The position numbers and the translations under genes are program-made. A DNA stretch of 63,282 bases, filler included, from Chthonomonadaceae bacterium (lineage in GTDB: Bacteria > Armatimonadota > Chthonomonadetes > Chthonomonadales > Chthonomonadaceae), in NCBI GenBank assembly GCA_035650735.1. It is 4 parts of 4 records of this genome, joined end to end, with 100 filler letters (N's around TTAATTAATTAA, not from the genome) between each part and the next. Parts side by side here need not be neighbours in the genome. Positions count along the whole stretch, not along the records: positions 22,103 to 52,145 come from DASRGZ010000174.1; 3 more parts are not named here. The stretch is one strand, 5' to 3'. Positions 28,866-39,097 of this stretch are shown piece by piece (the first letter of the stretch is position 1; each line of letters starts with the position of its first letter). The notes beneath the pieces were generated by a model that searched no databases, was not told where the DNA came from, and saw nothing but the letters and a program-made list of their open reading frames with translations.

Positions 28866-29708
28866 GTGGACCTGCTGAGACTGTTGCAAACCATAGATCG
28901 GCGCTTTATCTATGCGCTGCTGCTGCTGGCGGTTTCGGCGCCGTTTTTCCTGAGTATCCGCATTCCGGTGCCGATCTCGCCGCAGACTCAGGCGCTCTAT
29001 AACGCCATCGAGGCGCTGCCGCCCAATAGCTTCGTGCTGCTGGGCGCGGACTGGAGCGCGGGCAGTCGCGGCGAGAACCGACCGCAGACCGAAGCGCTGA
29101 TGCGCCACCTCATGAAGCGCAAGCTGCGCTTTGCCCTGCTTTGCTTCGACCCACAGGCGGCGACCCTGACCGAGACGATGGCGAAGCGTCTGCAAAGCGA
29201 GTACGGCGTCCAGGAGGGAGTGAACTGGGTCAACTGGGGCTATAAGGTGGATCTGGAGAACTTCCTGAAGGCGCTGGTGCTCAACGTGCCCCAGACCGTC
29301 AGCGCCGATATTAACGGCACGCCGGTCGCCAACTTGCCCGTGATGCAGGGTATCCAGACGGCGCGCGACATCCGCATGATTCTCGACGTGACGCCCTCCG
29401 AGACGTTCAAGGCTTACATTCAGTTCGTGCAAGGCACCTACAAGATCCCGATGGGCCTGGCGCCGACCTCCGTCATGGCCCCTGAAGCCTTCAACTACCT
29501 GGACAGTGGGCAGTTAATCGGCATGATCAACGGCCTGCAGGGCGCGATAGAGTATGAGCAGAAGGTCGGCTATGTCGGGCAGGCGACCCGCGCAGGACTC
29601 TCCTCTTCCTTCGCCCACCTGCTGATTATCTCGCTGATTCTGCTGGGCAACCTCGCCATGCTGCTGCAGCGCCGCCAGCGCGCCCGGCTCCTGGAGGGGC
29701 GACGATGA
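28866..29708 (+). CDS. Uncharacterised protein, TM at both ends with a central alpha/beta domain
   Basis: IDRRFIY, GVNWVNWGY, YLDSGQLIGMINGLQGAIEYE, LILLGN. Confidence 0.8.
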   Translation: MDLLRLLQTIDRRFIYALLLLAVSAPFFLSIRIPVPISPQTQALYNAIEALPPNSFVLLGADWSAGSRGENRPQTEALMRHLMKRKLRFALLCFDPQAATLTETMAKRLQSEYGVQEGVNWVNWGYKVDLENFLKALVLNVPQTVSADINGTPVANLPVMQGIQTARDIRMILDVTPSETFKAYIQFVQGTYKIPMGLAPTSVMAPEAFNYLDSGQLIGMINGLQGAIEYEQKVGYVGQATRAGLSSSFAHLLIISLILLGNLAMLLQRRQRARLLEGRR

Positions 29709-30502
29709 CCTGGTTTTCTCCCTGGCTCTCCGCCCACCTCCCCACGCTGCTGGTCTGGATCGGGGCGATCTGCACGCTGGGCCTCTACTCGGTGCTCTAC
29801 CGGGAGAACAGGCTCTATCGGCTGTTCGAGCATATCTTTTTGGGCCTGGCGACCGGCTACCTGGTGGCGCAGACCTGGACGGACGTGCTGCTGCCCAAGT
29901 GGTGGGTGCCGATGTGGGATAAGGGGCAGTGGGTCTATATCTTCGCGCTCGTGGCGGGCCTGTTCTATTACTTTATCTACTCCCGCAGGCACAACTGGCT
30001 GGCCCGCCTGATGATCGGGTTTTTCCTGGGCGTGGCCTCCGGGCGCACCTTCCAGGCGTTCGTCAACGATACCTGGCCGCAGATACCGACCTCCTTCAAG
30101 CCGGTCGTGCCGCATCCGGCCCTCCGGGACGCGACGGGCAAGGTGGTCGCCAAAGCCGTTACCTGGCCGGACGCCATCAACAACATTCTCTTCCTGGTCA
30201 TCCTACTCTGCGTGATGAGCTACTTCTTCTTCTCCTTTGAGCAGAAGAACGCGGTCTTGCGGCGCTCGGCGCAGTGGGGGCGCTGGCTGCTGATGTTCGC
30301 GTTCGGCGCCATCTTCGGCCAGACGATCATGGCCCGCCTGGCCCTGCTGATCGACCGTGTAGACTATCTCTTGAACGACTTCGGGCCGGCCATCGGCGGG
30401 CCGGTCGTGATGTTTGCCGTGCTCATGGTCCTGGCGGCGCTGGTGCTCTTCCTGGCGCTGCGCCCCGGCGCACGCGAGCGCGAGCCGGGCGAGGAACCCT
30501 AG
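29705..30502 (+). CDS. Uncharacterised polytopic membrane protein
   Basis: YSVLYRENRLYRLFEHIFLG, SYFFFS, GRWLLMFAFGAIFG..MARLALLIDR; ATGA overlap. Confidence 0.8.
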   Translation: MTWFSPWLSAHLPTLLVWIGAICTLGLYSVLYRENRLYRLFEHIFLGLATGYLVAQTWTDVLLPKWWVPMWDKGQWVYIFALVAGLFYYFIYSRRHNWLARLMIGFFLGVASGRTFQAFVNDTWPQIPTSFKPVVPHPALRDATGKVVAKAVTWPDAINNILFLVILLCVMSYFFFSFEQKNAVLRRSAQWGRWLLMFAFGAIFGQTIMARLALLIDRVDYLLNDFGPAIGGPVVMFAVLMVLAALVLFLALRPGAREREPGEEP

Positions 30503-30547
30503 CCAAACCGAAAGCCCTCACCCACGCTACCTACAAGGAGAAATCGA

Positions 30548-31555
30548 ATGGCCTGTTTACGGTTGGCTCGCATTGGCCGCTGCCTGGCCCTTGGCGCGGC
30601 GCTGCTCTGCGGTTGGCAGGGAACCTCCCTTCCGGTCGCAGCGCAAACCCCGCCCACGAAAATTTTGTTCGTTTCCAATCGCGCTGCCAAGCCCCAGTTC
30701 AACATCTATACGATGAACCCCGACGGCTCCGCGCAGACGCCACTGACCAAGGGCAACGCGATAGAAGTTGATCCGGTCTGGTCGCCCGACGGCAAGCAGA
30801 TTGCCTTCGCGGCATTCGCAGCCGACAAGCCGAAGGCCGAGATCTACGTCATGAATGCCGATGGCTCCGAGCGCCGACAGGTTACTAAGCTTGATGCGAC
30901 GGCCTTTGGCCCGCGATGGTCTTCCGACGGCAAACGGATTTTCTTCTCTACCCTGGAAATGAAGGACTCCCCTATGCCGCCCAAGATGCGTCTTCAGGTA
31001 ATAGATTCGGACGGCAACAACCTGAAAGACCTGGCCGACGGGATGCTGCCGGTACTCTCGCCCGATGGCAAAAAGATCCTCTTCTCAAGAATTTGGACTC
31101 CCCAACCTACCCTCTACGTCATGGACGCGGATGGCAGCAACGTCAAAGCTTTAAGCGAAAAGGCCATGATGGGCGCATGGTCGCCCGACGGCAAGCGCAT
31201 TGTCTGTGTTGCCGACGGCGAGGACAATCAGCCGGATGTCTTTGTGATGAACGCGGACGGCTCCGGCAAGACCCAACTGACCCAAACCCCGGACGTGGAG
31301 ATCGGCCCGCAGTGGTCGCCCGATGGCAAGCAAATCTTTTTCGTTCGCGGCCCGAAAGATAGCCCCAATAACGCCTCGCCCATCCCCGCCAAAATCTCGA
31401 TTTACGTCGTGGATGCGGACGGGAAGAACGCTACGGCGCTGACCACAGACGACAGCATCAACCTGCTCAACGGCAGCGGCTTCGTCCTCCTCTTCCTGCG
31501 GATGATGTCGCCTCCTGTAAAGCAGCTACCTGCCCCGGACAGACCACCTCGGTGA
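30548..31555 (+). CDS. Secreted TolB-like PD40/WD40-repeat protein
   Basis: Repeats WSPDGKQI..IYVMNADGS. Confidence 0.88.
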   Translation: MACLRLARIGRCLALGAALLCGWQGTSLPVAAQTPPTKILFVSNRAAKPQFNIYTMNPDGSAQTPLTKGNAIEVDPVWSPDGKQIAFAAFAADKPKAEIYVMNADGSERRQVTKLDATAFGPRWSSDGKRIFFSTLEMKDSPMPPKMRLQVIDSDGNNLKDLADGMLPVLSPDGKKILFSRIWTPQPTLYVMDADGSNVKALSEKAMMGAWSPDGKRIVCVADGEDNQPDVFVMNADGSGKTQLTQTPDVEIGPQWSPDGKQIFFVRGPKDSPNNASPIPAKISIYVVDADGKNATALTTDDSINLLNGSGFVLLFLRMMSPPVKQLPAPDRPPR

Positions 31556-31672
31556 TTCCCTCCGGAAGCCTTCTCTCCCTCAGGCAGAGAAGGCTTCCGT
31601 TCTGCCTCTGCAAACCGTTTCCGCATTCTTCCCAGCCATGCAGTATAATAAGGGTGAGGAGAAGCCCACTCT

Positions 31673-33967
31673 ATGCCTGAGACATCCCCCCAACCAACCG
31701 AAACCGTGACCGCAACGCCAACCGAAAATCTGCATCCCCTGCTGCAAGGGCTGAGCCCCGTCCAGCGGGAAGCCGTCACGCACGGCGAGGGTCCGCTGCT
31801 GATCTTTGCGGTCGCGGGCAGCGGCAAAACGCGCGTCCTGACGCACCGTGTCGCCTACCTGATCGCGGCGCAGGGCATCTCGCCGCGCCGCATCCTGGCC
31901 GTTACCTTCACTAATAAGGCCGCGCAGGAGATGCGGGAGCGTATTGATCGGCTCGTCGGGGAGAGCGTCGGGCGGCATCTGTGGGTCGGCACGTTCCACG
32001 CTACCTGCGCCCGTCTGCTGCGCGAGCATGGCGAAAAGATCGGTCTGAAGCGCGATTTCGTCGTCTACGACGACAGCGACCAGTTGACGCTCATCCGCGA
32101 GTGTATGCGCCAGCTTCACCTGGACGAGAGGCAGTTTGCGCCGCGCGCCATCCTCTCCCACATCAGCCGGGCCAAGGAGAAGCTGATCGCGCCGGAGGAG
32201 TGGCGCAAGCACTTTATCGGCTTCTTTGAGGATGTCTGCGGCAAGGTCTATCCGCTCTACCAGGAGAAGCTACGCCAGAACAACGCGCTCGACTTCGACG
32301 ATCTGCTGACGGAGACGGTGCGCCTACTGGAAACCCGCCCCGACGTCCTGGAGCGCCTGCAAGATCGCTACCGTTATATCCTGGTGGACGAGTACCAGGA
32401 CGTCAATCACGTCCAGTATGTGCTGCTCAAGCATCTTGCCAATAAATATCAAAATCTATGCATAGTGGGTGACGACGACCAGTCGGTGTACCAATTTCGC
32501 GGGGCAGATGTCGGCCTGATTTTGCAGTTCGAGCACGACTACCCCAACGCCAGAGTCCTCAAGCTGGAGCAGAACTACCGCTCCACGCAGACCATTCTGG
32601 ATGCGGCCTATGGCGTCGTCCGCAACAACCGCAGCCGCAAGGACAAGAAGCTCTGGACGGCAAACCCGGCGGGCGTGCCCATCACCAAACAGGAGGCGGA
32701 AAACGAGCAGGAAGAGGCCGTCTGGATCGTGCAGAAGATTCGCGAAGAGGTGCGGGCGGGCAGGCGCAGGTGGGGCGATTTCGCCATCCTCTACCGCACC
32801 AACGCCCAGTCCCGGGCGCTGGAAGATGTTTTTCGAAACTGGAGCATGCCGTATACTATTGTCGGCGGCGTGCGCTTCTACGAGCGCAAAGAGATCAAGG
32901 ACGTAATGGCCTACCTCCGCGTCGTCCAGAACCCCGCCGACAGCATCAGCCTGCGCCGTATCCTGAACGTTCCGGCGCGCGGCATCGGCGCGACTACACT
33001 GGCGGCGCTCGAAGAGGAGATGAACCTGTCGGGCCGCACGCTCTGGCAGATTCTGGAGGACATCGGCTCGGTTAGCCAGATACAGCCGCGCATCCGCGCC
33101 AAGCTCGCCGACTTCGCCTCCCTGATTAGCTCCCTGCGCGCCCAGCGCGAAACGCTGACCGTCACGGAACTGACTCAACAGGTTCTGGCGCGCAGCGGCT
33201 ACCTGCAAGCGCTGGAGGAGGAACAGAGCATCGAGGCGCAGACCCGGCTGGAGAACGTCCGGGAACTGTTCTCGGTGACCAAGCAGTTCGAGTCGGAGGC
33301 CGAGAAGCCGACGCTGTCGGCGTTTCTGGAGCAAGTCTCGCTTGTCGCCGATATAGATACCCTCGACTCGGAGGCCGACAAAGTGACCCTGATGACCCTG
33401 CACGCGGCCAAAGGGCTGGAGTTTCCGGTCGTGTTCCTGGTCGGTATGGAGGAGTGCATCTTCCCGCACCTGCGCGCGATGGAGAGCGACCGCGAACTGG
33501 AGGAGGAACGGCGGCTCTGCTACGTGGGCCTCACGCGCGCCAAAGAGGAACTCTACGTCACCCACGCCAACCGACGCACGCTGTTCGGCAGCATCGCTTA
33601 TAATTCGCCGTCGCGCTTCCTCAAGGAGATACCGGAGGAGCTATTCCATACTGACAAGACCCGGGGCGGACGCGGCCCTGCCGTCTCCAGCTTCGACCCG
33701 GACGAGGACGACTCTGCCGACCGCTCCCGCCGCCGGCCCACGCCCAAACTCTGGACGTCGGGGCCGATCTCGCCGCGCGAGGAGCAGCAACGGGCGAAGG
33801 CCGAGGGCTTCCGGGTCGGGCAGAAGGTGCGCCATGCCGTCTTTGGCGTCGGCGTCGTGCTCAAGGTTACCGGCGAGGGCGATAACACCACCGTCGAGGC
33901 TGTCTTTCCTAACGTCGGCCCCAAGAAACTCCTCCTCTCCCTGGCCAAACTCGAAAAGGTCAATTAA
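31673..33967 (+). CDS. pcrA: ATP-dependent DNA helicase PcrA/UvrD
   Basis: AVAGSGKT, TFTNKAA, DEYQD, GDDDQS, LEQNYRS, TLHAAKGLEF, YVGLTRA, C-terminal Tudor-like domain. Confidence 0.95.
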   Translation: MPETSPQPTETVTATPTENLHPLLQGLSPVQREAVTHGEGPLLIFAVAGSGKTRVLTHRVAYLIAAQGISPRRILAVTFTNKAAQEMRERIDRLVGESVGRHLWVGTFHATCARLLREHGEKIGLKRDFVVYDDSDQLTLIRECMRQLHLDERQFAPRAILSHISRAKEKLIAPEEWRKHFIGFFEDVCGKVYPLYQEKLRQNNALDFDDLLTETVRLLETRPDVLERLQDRYRYILVDEYQDVNHVQYVLLKHLANKYQNLCIVGDDDQSVYQFRGADVGLILQFEHDYPNARVLKLEQNYRSTQTILDAAYGVVRNNRSRKDKKLWTANPAGVPITKQEAENEQEEAVWIVQKIREEVRAGRRRWGDFAILYRTNAQSRALEDVFRNWSMPYTIVGGVRFYERKEIKDVMAYLRVVQNPADSISLRRILNVPARGIGATTLAALEEEMNLSGRTLWQILEDIGSVSQIQPRIRAKLADFASLISSLRAQRETLTVTELTQQVLARSGYLQALEEEQSIEAQTRLENVRELFSVTKQFESEAEKPTLSAFLEQVSLVADIDTLDSEADKVTLMTLHAAKGLEFPVVFLVGMEECIFPHLRAMESDRELEEERRLCYVGLTRAKEELYVTHANRRTLFGSIAYNSPSRFLKEIPEELFHTDKTRGGRGPAVSSFDPDEDDSADRSRRRPTPKLWTSGPISPREEQQRAKAEGFRVGQKVRHAVFGVGVVLKVTGEGDNTTVEAVFPNVGPKKLLLSLAKLEKVN

Positions 33968-33981
33968 ACCACCCGCTCCGC

Positions 33982-34182
33982 TAGAGGCACAGAGGAAAAG
34001 CCACACGGAGGAAGACCAAAAACCGATTCAGACAGGATTAACAGGATTTACGGGATTAGGGAAAAGACAGAGAAGCCTTACTTGTCTGTGTTGTTGAAAT
34101 CCAGTTAATCCCGTTCATCCTGTCCAAGGGTTTTTGCTTTTGTCTTTCTCTCTTTTGCTTTTCCTCTGTGTCTCTGTGGCTC
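33982..34182. repeat. Nested nonamer-repeat hairpin between convergent genes
   Basis: GACAGGATTAACAGGATTTACGGGATT..AATCCAGTTAATCCCGTTCATCCTGTC inside AGAGGCACAGAGG..CCTCTGTGTCTCT. Confidence 0.65.
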
Positions 34183-34200
34183 TAGCGCAGCGGGTGGTTA

Positions 34201-35604
34201 TTATTCTTTGCTGTGCTTGATTTTGGGCCAGAAGACAGCGAAGCGGAAGTTGGCGCTATTTTCCTCATCATGGCAGCGCACGCAACTGTTGGGCGTGAGC
34301 GCGGAGAACATAGCGGTGGCGGCGCGGCCTCGCTTGCCGGCCCGAACTGCCTGGATGTGGGCAGAAGCGCGTCCGTGACAACTCTCACATTGCACCCCGG
34401 CAAGCTGCGGCGTCGTTTGCAGGTTCAGGAAGCCGTCGCGGGCGCCGTAGCCGACCGTATGGCAGCGCAGGCATTCCGGGTCATATTGGGAGCCCTTCTT
34501 GACCAGCGTATCATAGGCGTGGGCGTGCGCGGAGGCCAGGCAGATGCGATAGGCGGCAGCGTGGCAGGGCTGGCACTTCTCCTGACCGACGTAGGTATCG
34601 GCGGTGGTCGTCTGCGGGTGGATGGGATCCATGCCCTCCGTTGCCGCCAGTGCGATGTTCTGGCGGCGCAGCGCGTCCTTATATTCTCGGATGAGCGCGA
34701 CCATCTCCGGGGCAGGCGGGATGTCATCGGAGGTTTTGAAGGCGCGCGAGTCGGCCAGAGCCAGGCCGCCGTCGGCCGCGCGCCGGAAGGCCAGGCGCCC
34801 GATCACTTTGCCGAGATTCGTGACGCTGAAGAGCGCGGCCCGGTTGATCGTTTCGGCCTGCTCGGAAGCCTGCGGCACGTCGCCGCCCAGAACGGCCCCG
34901 ACCTCGGGGAATTTGGCGGCGATGTCGCGCAGGATTTCCTCCGGAGCAAAGGCCAGCACGACCACAAAATCGCTCTGCGTCCGCAACCCCGGCAGGATTT
35001 CCGCCAGCGCCTCCTCCGGCGGACGCACGGAAAGCCCCGGCCCGACCGCATCCCCCTCCGCCTGCACGACGCCCGTAATCCCGATGCGCAGCCCTCCGAC
35101 CGTCTTGATGAGAAAGGAGAGAGCGAGAGGCTTGCCGGTCTGCCTGTCGAGCACGTTGCAGGAGACGAACGGCAGGCCGCTGCCCTGAAGCTTCTGCCGC
35201 AGCGTATCCCGATCCAGGTTGACCTCTTGTTTGCCGAGGTTGACCGCATCGTAGCCCATGCGCGCCATGCCGCGCAGCAGGTAATCGAGCTTGAGCAGTT
35301 CGTAGCTGCGGCTGCCGCTGGTGAGGTTGCCGACGTCGAGCAGCAGGCGATAGGGCGCGCGATCTTGATCGATCAGCGTCATGCGGGCGGGCAAGCCGCC
35401 TGCCTGGTCGCGCCGACAGCCACACGGTTCCAGGTAGCCGCGCGTATCTCCCGAAACCCAGACGACCAGCTCGCCCCCGTTCGCCAGAGAGGCCCCGGAG
35501 GTGGCGTGCCGCACCATCCACGCGCCGAAAAGCAGCGCGGCCAGCAATCCGCTCAGCATCAGCAGAAGCAGCTTGAGCGTAATGTGTGCGCCTTGTTCCC
35601 GCAT
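34201..35604 (-). CDS. Multiheme c-type cytochrome with N-terminal 5'-nucleotidase/metallophosphoesterase-like domain
   Basis: GYLEPCGC..GG, LLDVGN, GYDAVNLG; four CxxCH (CQPCH, CLRCH, CESCH, CVRCH). Confidence 0.85.
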   Translation of the reverse strand: MREQGAHITLKLLLLMLSGLLAALLFGAWMVRHATSGASLANGGELVVWVSGDTRGYLEPCGCRRDQAGGLPARMTLIDQDRAPYRLLLDVGNLTSGSRSYELLKLDYLLRGMARMGYDAVNLGKQEVNLDRDTLRQKLQGSGLPFVSCNVLDRQTGKPLALSFLIKTVGGLRIGITGVVQAEGDAVGPGLSVRPPEEALAEILPGLRTQSDFVVVLAFAPEEILRDIAAKFPEVGAVLGGDVPQASEQAETINRAALFSVTNLGKVIGRLAFRRAADGGLALADSRAFKTSDDIPPAPEMVALIREYKDALRRQNIALAATEGMDPIHPQTTTADTYVGQEKCQPCHAAAYRICLASAHAHAYDTLVKKGSQYDPECLRCHTVGYGARDGFLNLQTTPQLAGVQCESCHGRASAHIQAVRAGKRGRAATAMFSALTPNSCVRCHDEENSANFRFAVFWPKIKHSKE

Positions 35605-35713
35605 GTTCCTCCTTGAAATACTGCCACCCACAAAGTTGACGGCTTCCGCGTCAATATCATTGTTGCAAGAGAGTGCCCTTTGTCTGAAGACCGCAGTTCA
35701 TTACGCTGTACTC

Positions 35714-36256
35714 TTATGGAGACGATACTGGACGGGCGAAAAAGAGCGCAACTTCCCCATCCGTCAGGCTCTCAGGATAATAGAAAGTATCATCAAACCC
35801 ACAGAACCGGAAGCCGGAGCGCCGATAAAATTGGATGGCCGGGTAGTTGACATTCTGCGTTTCCGCCCATAGCCATCGCGCTCCTACCGACCGGGCGAAC
35901 GTGTCCAGCGCGGCGAGCAGTTGCGTTCCCACGCCGAGACGACGGTAGGCCGGCGCGACGTATAGATTCAAGATGACTACTCGACGGTTCCAGGCGACAT
36001 ATTGCGCCGCCGCACAGCCGGCTAACTGGCCCTCTGCCTCGGCTATCGCCGTATAGTCCCAGTTCCGGCGCTCGTCTGGGTCGGCGGGGCGGAAGTCATG
36101 TTGTTTTCTCAGTGGTGGGCTCACGTCCTCTTCTATCAGCCGAAAGGACCACTCCTCTCGCAGAGGACGATAGATGCGCTGGGTAATATAGGACGTGTCC
36201 AGAGCAGATAAGGCCGCGACATCCTGGGGCCATTGCGCCAACCGAATCGTAATCAT
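35714..36256 (-). CDS. GNAT N-acetyltransferase (streptothricin acetyltransferase-like)
   Basis: WNRRVVI..YRRLGVG, ETQNVNYPAIQFYRRSGF..GFD. Confidence 0.85.
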   Translation of the reverse strand: MITIRLAQWPQDVAALSALDTSYITQRIYRPLREEWSFRLIEEDVSPPLRKQHDFRPADPDERRNWDYTAIAEAEGQLAGCAAAQYVAWNRRVVILNLYVAPAYRRLGVGTQLLAALDTFARSVGARWLWAETQNVNYPAIQFYRRSGFRFCGFDDTFYYPESLTDGEVALFFARPVSSP

Positions 36257-36341
36257 CTCAGCGCCTTCATTCTTAAAGGAGATTCCTGCGCCTGGCGATC
36301 CAGAAAGCGCGTGAGAATCTCAGCGCCTTCATTCTTAAAGG
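36255..36341. repeat. 25-bp direct repeat duplicating an RBS/start region
   Basis: ATCTCAGCGCCTTCATTCTTAAAGG at 36255 and 36317. Confidence 0.85.
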
Positions 36342-36534
36342 TGATTCGCCCTGCGGAGACGAAAAAATTAGATAGGGGAACAAGACCGTCGCCTGTCTAC
36401 GTCACTGTTTATCTGAGCGCGTGTAAATTCCTGCAACTATCCGCAGTGGCAGGCGTTGGAATGTGCCGATCTGTCCGCTATTCTCTATCGTTATGTGATG
36501 TGCCGCCACCCCTTCGGAGGGCAGGAGAACCAGA

Positions 36535-37254
36535 ATGTCAGAAACCAATCCAGACGCTCTCTCCCAGTTGGAGCGTAGATTGCGCGCGGAACTGGCGCGC
36601 AAAGATACGCGGATCGCCAGGCTGGAAGCAATGCTGCGCACGATGGTTGCGGCTTCGGTGCTGATCGCGCTGACGCTGACCGGCGCATTGGTTTACAGCA
36701 TCACGCGAGTGCCTGCCGCCCCCGAAGCAGCCCCACAGGTCGCCGCAGTCCCTCCCCTGCCGCAGCCGGTTCAGGGCGTCCTGGCCTCGGCGGCAGGCAA
36801 AACGCCCGCTTCCAAACCCAAAGCCTACGGCGGTGTGGAGATACTGCCCATTGAGACGGAGCCAGGCCCGAAGCCCAAGCCGGAAGCGGCCAAATCCGGC
36901 GTCTCCGCCTCTTCGGCTAACTCCCCGGCACCGAAGCTCAGGGCGCATCGCCGTCATCGTCGCCATCCTTCCTGGCGCTCCCAGGAGCAGGCGACGCCAG
37001 AGCCGGAGCAGGAGATGGATCAGGGCACGGAAGAGAGTGCCCCGGACTATGCGGAGGCTTCGGAGGCGGACTCTGCCGGGCGCTCTCACCGCAACCGCAA
37101 GCACGGGCGCCACCGCCCGGCTCCGCAGCCGGAACAGAATCCCGATGAGAATACCGAATCGCCGCCCCCATCGGATACAGACGCGGATACCCCCTCCCAT
37201 CTTCCGCCCGGCTACGATGAGGAATCCGACCGGTGGCTGGATAGACAGCCCTAG
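36535..37254 (+). CDS. Hypothetical single-pass membrane protein with disordered tail
   Basis: Coiled coil, TM, Pro/Glu-rich region; GGAG RBS. Confidence 0.65.
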   Translation: MSETNPDALSQLERRLRAELARKDTRIARLEAMLRTMVAASVLIALTLTGALVYSITRVPAAPEAAPQVAAVPPLPQPVQGVLASAAGKTPASKPKAYGGVEILPIETEPGPKPKPEAAKSGVSASSANSPAPKLRAHRRHRRHPSWRSQEQATPEPEQEMDQGTEESAPDYAEASEADSAGRSHRNRKHGRHRPAPQPEQNPDENTESPPPSDTDADTPSHLPPGYDEESDRWLDRQP

Positions 37255-37428
37255 AGCCGGGACGTCCCTCGGCACGTCGCAGCGGTTCCCGCTCTGGCAA
37301 GACATTCCTCTCCGGGAGCGGGCATGCCGGGGGAACCGGCAATTCCTTTCGCGCGTATAGCTTCCCGGTAGGCTTCCTGCTGCCTGCCGTCGAAGGCACG
37401 GAAAACTCTCCAGTATGAGGCAATCACC

Positions 37429-38832
37429 ATGATCGAGAAAGGCGGCTATATCCGCGATATTCTCCACAGCCCGGTTGGGCGCACCGTGACGGCGCACGGC
37501 TGGGTCAAAACCCGGCGCGACAGCAAGGGCGTGCACTTTCTCCAGATGAATGATGGCAGCAGTTTTGCGGATCTCCAGGTCGTCGTCGAGGCGGATACGA
37601 TCCCGGAGGAGACGCTTAAGCACGTCACGACGGGCGCCTGCGTGCGCGTTACCGGTGATCTGGTCGAGTCGCCTGCCGCCGGACAGGCCGTTGAGCTTAA
37701 GGCAGCAGAGATCGAGGTCATCGGCCCCGCCGACCCGGCTACCTATCCCCTTCAGAAGAAGGGCCACACGATGGAGTTCCTGCGCGATATCGCCCATCTG
37801 CGGACGCGCTCGAACACCTTCGGGGCCGTGTTCCGCGTGCGCAACGCCCTCACCCGCGCCATTCATAACTTCTTCCAGGAGCGTGGCTTCCTCTACATCC
37901 AGACGCCCATCATCACCGGCTCCGATGCCGAGGGCGCGGGCGCGATGTTTGGAGTAACCACGCTCGACCTGATGAACCTGCCGCGCATCCAGGAGGGACC
38001 GCACGCCGGACAGATAGATTTTTCGCAGGACTTCTTCGGCAAGCCCGCCTACCTTACCGTCAGCGGCCAGTTGGAGGCCGAAATCTTCGCGCTGGCCTTC
38101 ACCAACGTCTATACCTTCGGCCCCACGTTCCGCGCCGAAAACTCTAACACGCCCCGCCACCTGGCCGAGTTCTGGATGATCGAGCCGGAAATGGCCTTCT
38201 GCGACCTCAAGGGCAACATGGCCCTGGCGGAGAGCTTCCTCAAGACCCTTATCGCCGACGTGATGGATAACTGCCGCGACGACCTGGAGTTTTTCAATAA
38301 GCGCATTGATAACACGGTGCTGGAGACGCTGGAGCACGTCGCCACCAGCCGCTTTGAGCATATTACCTACACGGAAGCCATCTCCATCCTCGAAAAGAGC
38401 GGCCAGAGCTGGGAGTTTCCGGTCTACTGGGGCGCGGACTTGCAGAGCGAGCATGAGCGCTACCTGACCGAGCAGAAATTCAAGAGGCCCGTCATCGTCA
38501 CCGACTACCCGAAAGAGATCAAAGCCTTCTATATGCGCGCCAACGACGACGGCAAGACGGTGCGGGCGATGGACGTGCTGGCCCCGCGCATCGGCGAGAT
38601 TATCGGCGGCAGCCAGCGCGAGGAGCGCTACGATGTGCTCCTGGAGAAGATACGCGCGCAGGGGCTATCGGAGGAGGCGTACTGGTGGTACCTGGAGCTG
38701 CGCAAGTACGGCAGCGCGCCGCACGCCGGCTTCGGGCTGGGCCTGGAGCGCCTGATGCTCTACCTGACGGGCATGAAGAACATCCGCGACGTCATTCCCT
38801 TCCCGCGCACGCCCGGCAGCGCCGAGTTCTGA
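37429..38832 (+). CDS. asnS: Asparagine--tRNA ligase
   Basis: [43 protein letters not shown]. Confidence 0.96.
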   Translation: MIEKGGYIRDILHSPVGRTVTAHGWVKTRRDSKGVHFLQMNDGSSFADLQVVVEADTIPEETLKHVTTGACVRVTGDLVESPAAGQAVELKAAEIEVIGPADPATYPLQKKGHTMEFLRDIAHLRTRSNTFGAVFRVRNALTRAIHNFFQERGFLYIQTPIITGSDAEGAGAMFGVTTLDLMNLPRIQEGPHAGQIDFSQDFFGKPAYLTVSGQLEAEIFALAFTNVYTFGPTFRAENSNTPRHLAEFWMIEPEMAFCDLKGNMALAESFLKTLIADVMDNCRDDLEFFNKRIDNTVLETLEHVATSRFEHITYTEAISILEKSGQSWEFPVYWGADLQSEHERYLTEQKFKRPVIVTDYPKEIKAFYMRANDDGKTVRAMDVLAPRIGEIIGGSQREERYDVLLEKIRAQGLSEEAYWWYLELRKYGSAPHAGFGLGLERLMLYLTGMKNIRDVIPFPRTPGSAEF

Positions 38833-38833
38833 G

Positions 38834-39094
38834 ATGAAAACGCAATCACCCGATACGCACCCTAAAATCGAGAAGTTGCAGATAGAGGGCTACCGCAGAA
38901 TGTCGGCAGCGGAGAAGCTGAAGATCGTCCATGAAATGACTGAGTTCGTCACCTCTCTGGCGCTGTCCGATGTCAAACAGCGCCATCCCGAAGCGGACGA
39001 ACGAGAATGCCGACTGCGCCTTGCGTCCCGCTGGCTGGATGCTGAATTGATGAAGAAAGCGTTCGGTTGGGACGTGAAAGAGAAGGGATATTAA
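38834..39094 (+). CDS. Small hypothetical protein paired with a nucleotidyltransferase
   Basis: DTHPKIEKLQIEGYRRMSAAEKL; lower GC. Confidence 0.7.
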   Translation: MKTQSPDTHPKIEKLQIEGYRRMSAAEKLKIVHEMTEFVTSLALSDVKQRHPEADERECRLRLASRWLDAELMKKAFGWDVKEKGY

Positions 39095-39097
39095 ACG

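Noticed and set aside
31808..31831. PcrA Walker A reads AVAGSGKT instead of AGAGSGKT
   Set aside because: Substitution at a variable position; GKT and all other helicase motifs are intact
35416..35424. Possible selenocysteine in the cytochrome CGC motif
   Set aside because: Both Cys codons are TGT; no in-frame TGA
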